Shown: piece after piece, positions 1-8,844 of the stretch
Position numbering within the stretch: position 1 is the stretch's first letter
Layout: every line of letters starts with the position of its first letter
NCBI GenBank assembly: GCA_043816185.1
Contig: JBDRIG010000107.1
Span: 1 to 13,769, forward strand
Length of the DNA stretch: 13,769 nt
Reading direction: 5' to 3'
Source: Elusimicrobiota bacterium
GTDB taxonomy: Bacteria > Elusimicrobiota > UBA8919
Notes under the pieces: generated by a model
The model's database searches: none
Seen by the model: only the letters and a program-made list of their open reading frames with translations
What the model was told of the DNA's origin: nothing
Translations under genes and position numbers: made by a program

Positions 1-40
1 CGAGATTGCTTCGTCGCTCATTTCATTCACTTCCCGCAAT
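1..40. repeat. Arm of a GTCATTGCG...GAAGCAATCTC palindromic (REP/RPE-like) repeat, cut by the window edge and interrupted by a MITE; it resumes as AATGAC at 158-163
   Basis: With the MITE removed, the reverse complement reads GTCATTGCGGGAAGTGAATGAAATGAGCGACGAAGCAATCTCG, close to the arm at 7165-7170 plus 7289-7329 (GTCATTGCGAGAAGCGAATGAAATGAGTGAAGCGAAGCAATCTC). Confidence 0.8.
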
Positions 41-157
41 CAGACTGTGTCGCAATCCATCTTTTATCATCTAGTGTTAGATTGCAGTACCATATTTTAC
101 TATTAGTTGCTATCTTCTATAAAAATGCAACTTTTTAGCTCGTTGCGACACAGTCTG
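41..157. mobile_element. MITE copy 1 (117 bp, non-coding)
   Basis: Perfect 15-bp TIR CAGACTGTGTCGCAA (41-55) / TTGCGACACAGTCTG (143-157), flanked by direct AAT (38-40, 158-160). About 91% identical to 7171-7288. Confidence 0.88.
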
Positions 158-186
158 AATGACAAGCAATGCCCTCACAATAGCTT

Positions 187-235
187 TTCACGATTCATGA
201 AATACGCTATACGCACGACGCACGACGATATACGA
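187..235. repeat. Degenerate heptamer tandem array (7 units)
   Basis: TTCACGA TTCATGA AATACGC TATACGC ACGACGC ACGACGA TATACGA; ACG in register in 6 of 7 units. Confidence 0.75.
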
Positions 236-245
236 AAACTCCAAC

Positions 246-1031
246 TTATTTTATTCCTAACAAAACCAGAAATGCTGTCAAAAAATAATCCGACACAAGA
301 ATCATAACCATTGAAATTACGACGGCTTGCGTTGTGGAACGCCCTACTCCTTCAGCACCACCCTCACATTTGAAACCTTTATAACAAGCAATGACAACAA
401 TAATCAAAGCAAAAAAAACAGATTTTATTAATCCATGAAATAAATCTGTAACTCGCATATAATCCAAAATATCGTTTCTATATACGGTTGAGGTAATCCC
501 AAGTTTATAAACGCTAACGAAAAATCCACCAATTATTCCTAATATATTTGCAAAAATAGTAAGAATGGGAAGCATCACCACAATTGAAATAAATCTCGGC
601 ACTGCAAGATATTTTATCGGATTTGTTCCTAAGGTATATAGAGCATCTATTTGCTCGGTAACTTTCATTGTGCCAAGTTCCGCAGCAATCGCAGCCCCTA
701 CACGACCTGCTACAACTACAGCAGTTAAAACGGGACCCAGTTCCTTCACCATGGAAAAGCCAACCACACTTCCTATGTAAATCGGTTCGTTAAAGATATT
801 TTTCGTCGAATATGCTGTCTGAAGTGCCAATACCATTCCAGTGAAAATAGAGGTGAGAGCAGTAACCGGAATAGACATAACACCTATTTGTACCATTTGA
901 TTAACAACATTTTTTCTATCGTATGTTTCGAAAAAACAACTATGAATTGTCTTCACCAACATTATAAAAACACATCCAATGTCATCGACAATTTGAATAA
1001 ATTTTTTTCCTACAAAGTTAGCAATTTTCAT
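246..1031 (-). CDS. mlaE: MlaE/Ttg2B-family lipid asymmetry ABC transporter permease
   Basis: Motifs FTGMVLALQ, ELGPVLTAVVVAGRVGAAIAAELGTMKVTEQIDAL and GGAEGVGRSTTQAVV; 261 aa membrane protein. Confidence 0.95.
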   Translation of the reverse strand: MKIANFVGKKFIQIVDDIGCVFIMLVKTIHSCFFETYDRKNVVNQMVQIGVMSIPVTALTSIFTGMVLALQTAYSTKNIFNEPIYIGSVVGFSMVKELGPVLTAVVVAGRVGAAIAAELGTMKVTEQIDALYTLGTNPIKYLAVPRFISIVVMLPILTIFANILGIIGGFFVSVYKLGITSTVYRNDILDYMRVTDLFHGLIKSVFFALIIVVIACYKGFKCEGGAEGVGRSTTQAVVISMVMILVSDYFLTAFLVLLGIK

Positions 1032-1126
1032 TTTTGCAGAGTTTATCTTTTATGTCCAACTTTAGCAGGTACTTATTTTTAGCAAAATAAACTTTTCAGC
1101 CAACAGTCAAATAAATTTTCAATCAA

Positions 1127-2305
1127 CTAAAGTCGAGTGTATATTCTCGGAATCCTTTTAGAAATTGATGTTACTATTTCATAATTTATTGTATTAGTTC
1201 TTTTTGCTACGTCTTCTACGGTAATTTTTTCTTTACCTTGGTAACCAATAATAACAACCTCGTCTCCAATGGCAACATTTTTTACATCGGTGACATCTAT
1301 CATTGTCATATCCATACAAACCCTACCGACAACGGGCACTTTTTTGCCACGAACTATCATTTGGGCACTGTCTATCTGACGACTGACAGGTGAATTTATC
1401 AAACAGTTAGTAGACGGATTCGAATTGACTCTCAAAAAACCATCAGCGTAACCGATTGGAATTGTCGCAATTTTTGAAATTTTATTTGTAATAAAAGTTC
1501 TACAATAACTTATTGATGTATTTTTAGGAACTTTTTTAAGAAAGATAATTTTTGTTTTTAAGGATAATGCAGACTTAACCCCTACGACTGAATCTGAATT
1601 TTCAAAAGGTAAAAGCCCATAGATTAAAAGCCCTGGACGAACAAGATTAAAGTGAGAGTCTTTATATTTAATGATCGATGCACTTGCAGCAATATGCTTA
1701 TATTTTATGGGTATTTTTTTGAATAACTTTTCGTCCAGTTGAACTCCGTTGGAGAATTTATGTATTTGTTTTTCGGTAAAATTTTCGTTTTCTACAGCAC
1801 AAGCAAGATGTGAATATATACCGTCTATATAAATATTTTTCAGATTTTTGATTTTTTTAATTAGTGAAATAGCGGTAGATGATAATACTCCCAATCTTCC
1901 CATGCCCGTCTCAATTTTAAGATGTAAAGGAAGTTTTTTATTTTTATATTTTGCAAATTTATTAAAAAATTCTATCCCAGAAATACTTGCAATCGTTGGA
2001 ATAAGATTATACTTTATTATCTCAGAAAAATTACTAAACGGGTATACACTTCCCAATATGAGAATATCTTTTTTTATGCCAGACGTACGAAGTTCTATTC
2101 CCTCTTCTATTGTTGCAACTCCAAAAATCTTTACTGCCGTATTTTCAAGTGCTTTTGCGACTTTAATCGCACCGTGACCATAAGCATCTGCCTTAATAAC
2201 AGCAAGGATTTCAACATCACCACCTATAAACTTTTTTATAATTCCAACATTATATTTTATATTTTCTAAATTTATTTCTGCATATGTAGGTCTTAAAATT
2301 TTCAT
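1127..2305 (-). CDS. alr: Alanine racemase
   Basis: PLP-lysine motif AVIKADAYGHG; also ETGMGRLG, VRPGLLIYG, PIGYADG and GRVCMD. Confidence 0.97.
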   Translation of the reverse strand: MKILRPTYAEINLENIKYNVGIIKKFIGGDVEILAVIKADAYGHGAIKVAKALENTAVKIFGVATIEEGIELRTSGIKKDILILGSVYPFSNFSEIIKYNLIPTIASISGIEFFNKFAKYKNKKLPLHLKIETGMGRLGVLSSTAISLIKKIKNLKNIYIDGIYSHLACAVENENFTEKQIHKFSNGVQLDEKLFKKIPIKYKHIAASASIIKYKDSHFNLVRPGLLIYGLLPFENSDSVVGVKSALSLKTKIIFLKKVPKNTSISYCRTFITNKISKIATIPIGYADGFLRVNSNPSTNCLINSPVSRQIDSAQMIVRGKKVPVVGRVCMDMTMIDVTDVKNVAIGDEVVIIGYQGKEKITVEDVAKRTNTINYEIVTSISKRIPRIYTRL

Positions 2306-3682
2306 TCAAATGGAATCCTTAGAACTTTTTGCCGCATTTTCAAATCTTGTATAATCTTTAAAAAATCTCAACACCGTACTTCCTGTTTTACCATTTCTAT
2401 TTTTTGCGATTATAATCTCAGTATCACTAATAGAACTTGATGCTAAAATTCCATCGGCTTTATATAAATCAGGATGATAAAGCATAAGAACAAGATCTGC
2501 GTCTTGCTCAATAGCACCCGATTCTCTCAAATCTGCAAGCCGCGGTTTACCTGCATGATCTCCCGTTCTTTTTTCTGGCTCTCTGGATAATTGTGAAAGT
2601 GCTATTACGGGAATCTGTAAATCCTTTGCCATAATTTTTAGTGAACGGGATATTTCGGCAATATCAAGCTGTCTATATTCTGAACGACCACTTTTGCCAG
2701 ACATTAATTGGAGATAATCAATTATAATAAGATCTAACCCTTCTTTTTTAAAAAGTCGTCTGGCACGAGCTTTCATTTCAAGAACACTAATAACAGAAGA
2801 ATCATCGATAAATACTTTTGTCGACTTAAACTCTCCAGCTGCGGTTGTAATACGAGTCCAGTCACTCCCTGTCATATAGGCGTTTTTTACACGGTCAGAA
2901 GGTACTCTTGCTTGTGAACATATAAATCTTGTCATCAATTCATCGTTTGACATCTCAAGCGAAAAAATTAAAATTGATTTTTTATGATGTATCGCTGCAT
3001 TTTCCGCTATATTTAAACACAATGACGTTTTACCTGTCCCAGGACGTCCAGCAATAATTATAAAATTTGATTTCTTGAAACCACCTATCATACTGTCCAA
3101 ATCACTAAAACCACTCGGTACCCCAGGTATATGTTCTTTTCTTTTGTGGATTTCCTCAATTGCATCAAGTGTTGGATCAATTAAATCCGAAACAGATATA
3201 GCACCTTTCATTTCTTTTTTTTCAGAGATATTAAATATCACCTGTGCAGCAGAATCCACTATTTCATTAACATCATCAATTTGACCAGTTGCATCATTTA
3301 TAATTTTTCTGCCAGCATGTATAAGTTCTCGAAATATCGCTTTATCTCTAACAATTTTTGCATAGTACTCCACGTTTGATGCAACAACAACTACATCAAT
3401 GAGGGAGGTAAGGTACACCGAGCCACCCAATTGTTCAAGCTGTGGATTGAATTTTATGCTTTCAGAAAGCATAAGAATATCAACATCACCTTGATTTTTA
3501 TCGTATAATTTTAATATCTCACGAAAAATTATTTTATGCGGTGTCGTATAAAAATCATTCTCTGAAAGCATTTCCATAACAACCTCTATTGCATCTTTTT
3601 CGATAAGCATAGAGCCAAGAACTGCTTTTTCTGCTTCAAGCGAATGCGGTATTATAATATCGGTAAGATTATTGTTTGACAT
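2306..3682 (-). CDS. dnaB: Replicative DNA helicase
   Basis: PHSLEAEKAVLG, Walker A AGRPGTGKT, IIDYLQLM, ALSQLSR and DLRESGAIEQDAD; no intein-sized insertion. Confidence 0.98.
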   Translation of the reverse strand: MSNNNLTDIIIPHSLEAEKAVLGSMLIEKDAIEVVMEMLSENDFYTTPHKIIFREILKLYDKNQGDVDILMLSESIKFNPQLEQLGGSVYLTSLIDVVVVASNVEYYAKIVRDKAIFRELIHAGRKIINDATGQIDDVNEIVDSAAQVIFNISEKKEMKGAISVSDLIDPTLDAIEEIHKRKEHIPGVPSGFSDLDSMIGGFKKSNFIIIAGRPGTGKTSLCLNIAENAAIHHKKSILIFSLEMSNDELMTRFICSQARVPSDRVKNAYMTGSDWTRITTAAGEFKSTKVFIDDSSVISVLEMKARARRLFKKEGLDLIIIDYLQLMSGKSGRSEYRQLDIAEISRSLKIMAKDLQIPVIALSQLSREPEKRTGDHAGKPRLADLRESGAIEQDADLVLMLYHPDLYKADGILASSSISDTEIIIAKNRNGKTGSTVLRFFKDYTRFENAAKSSKDSI

Positions 3683-3742
3683 ATTAACACAAATGTTAGG
3701 GATTATGAACTCCGAACTTACTTACCACTTAATCCCATCTCT

Positions 3743-4225
3743 CTATTTCTCTACTTTTTTAACTATCAAGATTTTTATCTTCGCAGTTACTTCTGGATGG
3801 CTGTAATTTACATCCTGATATGCAGGATGAACTTTTACAACAACATCGGAAGCCCCAAGTTCTCTTAATGGGCCTGAAAGTTGAATTGATTTTTTGTCAA
3901 TATCGAAACCTTCTATTTTGAGTGCTTCTGAAATATCGGAAGAACCGACGGAACCAAAAATCTTATTTTCTTCTCGGGATTCAACTTGTATTGTTATTGA
4001 AACGGACGAAAGCTTCTTTGCAAATTCAGTTGCATCTGCAAATTCCTTTCTCTGCTTTTTAGTAATCTTTGCTTTCTCTTCCTCAATAATTTTCAAATTT
4101 CTCTCATTTATTTCAAAAACAAGCCCTTTGGGAAAAAGAAAATTTCTCGCATAACCATCTTTTACAGATTTTATATCCCCAATTTTTCCCAAACCATTAA
4201 TCTCCTGCCTTAAAATAACTTTCAT
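3743..4225 (-). CDS. rplI: 50S ribosomal protein L9, with a 10-aa C-terminal-domain insertion
   Basis: MKVIL...LGKIGD...VKDGYARNFLFPKG and KIFGSV; GGAGG-type RBS upstream; sits before dnaB. Confidence 0.97.
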   Translation of the reverse strand: MKVILRQEINGLGKIGDIKSVKDGYARNFLFPKGLVFEINERNLKIIEEEKAKITKKQRKEFADATEFAKKLSSVSITIQVESREENKIFGSVGSSDISEALKIEGFDIDKKSIQLSGPLRELGASDVVVKVHPAYQDVNYSHPEVTAKIKILIVKKVEK

Positions 4226-4357
4226 TATTTACATCCTCCTATGATAATTTTATTTCTATGACGATACGTCGATATGTAAAAGAATAAAAAAATCGATATA
4301 GTTATACGTCGATATGTGAAACCATACCATCTTATCTACTATCGCTCTATTTCCATA

Positions 4358-5281
4358 TCACCCACTTTTTTCCGTGTTTTCTGGTGATAACTCCGCGGCA
4401 TTCTTTTTTTTCTTCCTGAAATCAAACCATATATCTAATACACTTAAAAATACCGCCAATGGTGAGTATAAAATAAAAGCGATATAGGAAAGAATGAGCA
4501 TCGCTTTTGACCTGCTGAAAAAAAACTTACACAGCGCTAATCCGCCAATAAAATAAAGAAAAAAAATCAGATTAAAAATGTTTTCCACGATTTGGAAAAG
4601 AACAGCATTTTTTACCTGTCCAACGGTTACCAAGCCTGTATGCTTAAAAACGATATAAAATAAAAGTGAAAATATAAATGCAAATATAACTACTTCTGGC
4701 AGTCGCCATTTTTCAAACGATGGAAGTTTTTTTAAATTTAGATTAAACTTATCTGCCACCAGTGATAGAAAAATATAGGAAAGGACCACTATTACAATAA
4801 CAAAAATTACGATTATTGAATAGATGTTCCTTGTAATAATTTCCACAAATGCAGCAGGAATATCTTTTGGAAGATTTACAACAATTTTAGGATCTATCCA
4901 AGAAACCTGAAAACCGTTAATAATAAACAACAAAACAACTGTGATTGATATAAGTGATATCGTAATACAGGAATCCACAACTATCTGCCAACAATTTCCT
5001 TTTCTTTTTATCCCAGAATATAAAAGTAACGAATTAAGAGCTACAAACAAAATAAAAACAAAAGAAAGGATATCCCCGAGATAAAAGGAATTATAAATTA
5101 TAACAGTTGGTATAATAATTCCTACAAGCCCCCATAAAATTCCACTTTTAACAAATAAGATTGTAAGTGATATTGAGGATAATGGAAGAAAAAAAATTCC
5201 CGTAATAGGAATTGTAAGGCTTAGTATGAAAAAAAGGAACGAAAAAGATGCAAATAGAAAAACTTTTTTTATTGCAAGCAT
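4358..5281 (-). CDS. DUF2232/YybS-family membrane protein
   Basis: Multi-pass hydrophobic protein with F..W.LP and C-terminal D.WFDFRK motifs; canonical position between rpsR and rplI. Confidence 0.8.
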   Translation of the reverse strand: MLAIKKVFLFASFSFLFFILSLTIPITGIFFLPLSSISLTILFVKSGILWGLVGIIIPTVIIYNSFYLGDILSFVFILFVALNSLLLYSGIKRKGNCWQIVVDSCITISLISITVVLLFIINGFQVSWIDPKIVVNLPKDIPAAFVEIITRNIYSIIVIFVIVIVVLSYIFLSLVADKFNLNLKKLPSFEKWRLPEVVIFAFIFSLLFYIVFKHTGLVTVGQVKNAVLFQIVENIFNLIFFLYFIGGLALCKFFFSRSKAMLILSYIAFILYSPLAVFLSVLDIWFDFRKKKKNAAELSPENTEKSG

Positions 5282-5354
5282 ATAAACATTTTTTTAAAAG
5301 ATGGACGGTCCAAAGACCACTCACTGTAATCAATATCGGATTCTCAATTCAATA

Positions 5355-5633
5355 TTACAAATTGACAAACGGAATAATTGCAATGTTTCTTGCTCTTTTT
5401 ATGGCTCTTGTTAAAACCCTCTGATGCTTCACACATACGCCTGTAAATCTTGATGAAAAAATTTTACCCTTCTCAGAAATATAATTTTTTAGAAGTCCAA
5501 TATTTTTGTAATCAATTTCAATCTTGTCAGCGCAAAAACGGCAAAATCTTTTTTTTAGCTGCTCTTTTTTTGAAAATTTTCCAAAGGATTTTTTTCCGCC
5601 TTTTTTTGTGTTTTTTTTCTTATTAACCAACAT
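5355..5633 (-). CDS. rpsR: 30S ribosomal protein S18 (Zn-binding C+ form)
   Basis: FCRFC...IDYKN...SEKGKI...TGVCVKHQR...AIKRAR. Start moved to ATG 5633 because AGGAGGAG lies just upstream. Confidence 0.96.
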   Translation of the reverse strand: MLVNKKKNTKKGGKKSFGKFSKKEQLKKRFCRFCADKIEIDYKNIGLLKNYISEKGKIFSSRFTGVCVKHQRVLTRAIKRARNIAIIPFVNL

Positions 5634-5720
5634 AACTCCTCCTTTTAACATCGGTAACAAAGATTAAGTGATAGGGATTAAAAAAATCTAATTCTTAATT
5701 TTGTCTCTCTATTTGACGTC

Positions 5721-6161
5721 TCAAAATGGCACTTTTTCTTCTTCTTTGTCTTCTGACAGTTTTGATGTTAATCCACTATCATTAGACGATTCGTTACACG
5801 AAGCATCTATATCTCCTTCATCAACCTTACCTGCTTTTTTAGGCATAAGATGAAGTTTTTCGCCGATTACAACAATCTTGCTTTTTTTCTGCCCATCTTT
5901 TTCCCACGTATCTTGTTTCAGACGACCTTCAACAACAATACTATCGCCTTTATGAACATATTTTTCACATATTTCTGCCGATTTCCCAAAAAAAGTTATG
6001 TCAACAAAACAGGTTTCTTCTTTCATATTTCCATCGGAACCCTTAAATCTTCTATTAATTCCGACGCCAAAACCTGCCAACGGGGTTCCGCTCGGTAACA
6101 TTCTTATTTCTGGGTCTCTCGTAACATTACCCATTAAAATAACTTTACTAAAACTTGCCAT
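5721..6161 (-). CDS. ssb: Single-stranded DNA-binding protein
   Basis: KVILMGNVTRDPE and KGD..VVEGRL motifs, acidic tail ending VPF; rpsF-ssb-rpsR order. Confidence 0.97.
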   Translation of the reverse strand: MASFSKVILMGNVTRDPEIRMLPSGTPLAGFGVGINRRFKGSDGNMKEETCFVDITFFGKSAEICEKYVHKGDSIVVEGRLKQDTWEKDGQKKSKIVVIGEKLHLMPKKAGKVDEGDIDASCNESSNDSGLTSKLSEDKEEEKVPF

Positions 6162-6252
6162 AATTCCCCCTTAACTTAGTAACTTAATTTGATAACATGT
6201 TTATACACTAAATTATAGTGTATCATTACATCAACATATCGCCGTTGCTATC

Positions 6253-6627
6253 TTATACTGCCACGTCACTTATTACTGTATCGCCAGTTTTAACTTCCGG
6301 TTTTTTTTCCTCTATTTTTGGTTCAATTTTTTTCTTGGAAGATTTTTCTATCTTAATAACTATGTGCTTTATAACTTCATCGCTATTTTTAAAAAAATTC
6401 TCAAGAATGCTTACAACACGACCTTCGGAAGAAAACTGCAATAAGTAATAATTGCCTTCTTTGTTTTTTTTAACCGGATAAGCAAGCCGTCTTTTTCCCC
6501 AACTATCCGATAAAATAATGGTACCATTGCAAGAAGATATAATCCCATTTACTTTTTCCAATACCTCTGCAATCTTTTCATTTGTTAATGTCGGTTTCAT
6601 AATAAAAACCGTCTCGTAATTAACCAT
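6253..6627 (-). CDS. rpsF: 30S ribosomal protein S6
   Basis: YETVFI..P and WGKRRLAYPVKK...G.Y motifs; ATG 6627 preceded by a G-rich RBS. Confidence 0.95.
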   Translation of the reverse strand: MVNYETVFIMKPTLTNEKIAEVLEKVNGIISSCNGTIILSDSWGKRRLAYPVKKNKEGNYYLLQFSSEGRVVSILENFFKNSDEVIKHIVIKIEKSSKKKIEPKIEEKKPEVKTGDTVISDVAV

Positions 6628-6736
6628 AAACACCCCCCTAAAATTAAAGATTAAGTTGGTCGTTCGCTTTCTTTAAGAATTAAGTTTTTCTTAATCCTTA
6701 CAACCTATCACTTAATTCTATTTTTTATCGATACAA

Positions 6737-7009
6737 CTATTCTTTGTCCACAAATTTATACTTTATTTCGCCAGGCTGAATAAGCCCAAGTTTTCTTCTT
6801 GCCTCTCTCTCAAAATATGCTGGATTGTTTTCAAAATTGTAAAGCCGAAGTTTTAAATTTCTGCTTTCTGTTTCAATTGCTGTAAATTTTTTATTTAATT
6901 TACCAAGCATTACTCTCTGAGTAATTACGCTTCTCATTCCCTTATTGCCAAAAAGAATCAAAACTATTAAAATTACAGCAACAAAAATATATGTTTTTTT
7001 CTTGTTCAC
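6737..7009 (-). CDS. ftsB: Septum formation initiator FtsB/DivIC family protein
   Basis: N-terminal TM helix, coiled coil and E..AR..LGL..PGE motif; GTG start; downstream of eno as in many bacteria. Confidence 0.85.
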   Translation of the reverse strand: MNKKKTYIFVAVILIVLILFGNKGMRSVITQRVMLGKLNKKFTAIETESRNLKLRLYNFENNPAYFEREARRKLGLIQPGEIKYKFVDKE

Positions 7010-7130
7010 TATGTTAGAAAATATCGATTAGAAAATATCAATCGATGCGATAAAAACAAAATTATAGATGTTTGTTCGCTACAAAAGATTTGTCTAAACA
7101 TATTTAATACTACTTCATTAGGTTCAATTT

Positions 7131-7151
7131 GTCATTGAGACTGTGCCACAA
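7131..7151. repeat. Solo MITE TIR still joined to the GTCATT target
   Basis: GTCATT+GAGACTGTGCCACAA; the TIR part matches the reverse complement of the copy-2 right TIR at 14/15. Confidence 0.7.
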
Positions 7152-7170
7152 TAACAAAATGTTCGTCATT

Positions 7171-7288
7171 GAGACTGTATCGCAATCCATCTTTTACCAT
7201 TTAGTGTTAGATTGCAGTACCATATTTTACCATCAGTTGCTATCTTCTATAAAAATGCAACTTTTTTAACTCATTGTGACACAGTCTC
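7171..7288. mobile_element. MITE copy 2 (118 bp, non-coding)
   Basis: TIRs GAGACTGTATCGCAA / TTGTGACACAGTCTC (13/15), flanked by ATT. The duplication reads CATTG if the termini are drawn 1 bp inward. Differs from copy 1 by 10 substitutions and 1 indel. Confidence 0.88.
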
Positions 7289-7390
7289 ATTGCGAGAAGC
7301 GAATGAAATGAGTGAAGCGAAGCAATCTCAAACTTCAACGTCAACACCGAGATTGCCACGAGCCGATAAGATCGGCTCTCACAATGAGAC
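7289..7390. repeat. Palindromic REP/RPE-like element (its left end GTCATT at 7165-7170 is displaced by the MITE)
   Basis: Nested inverted repeats: GCAATCTC (7322-7329) / GAGATTGC (7349-7356); GAGCCGAT-AAG-ATCGGCTC (7360-7378); termini ATTGCGAGA / TCTCACAAT. Confidence 0.82.
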
Positions 7391-7458
7391 ACTTTATAAC
7401 ATTACACCATGCTGTTCCTACTGGGCATGTAAAAAATTTGATTTTCCGTGGGCAATAT

Positions 7459-8793
<1,335 letters not shown>

Positions 8794-8844
8794 CTATTTA
8801 GCAGTAAGAGTTCAGTCCAAGTTTTATCATATATCTTTTTATTT

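Noticed and set aside
187..235. CRISPR array (here or at the other periodic repeats)
   Set aside because: Units are 7-8 nt without spacers, and no cas genes are present.
107..307. 66-aa plus-strand ORF
   Set aside because: It runs through the MITE, the heptamer array and antisense mlaE; no protein features.
2306..3682. Intein in DnaB
   Set aside because: Normal length of 458 aa with contiguous motifs.
4600..4645. Repeat-derived insert in the DUF2232 protein (TGLVTVGQV)
   Set aside because: Symmetry is weak and the family is too divergent to call an insertion by eye.
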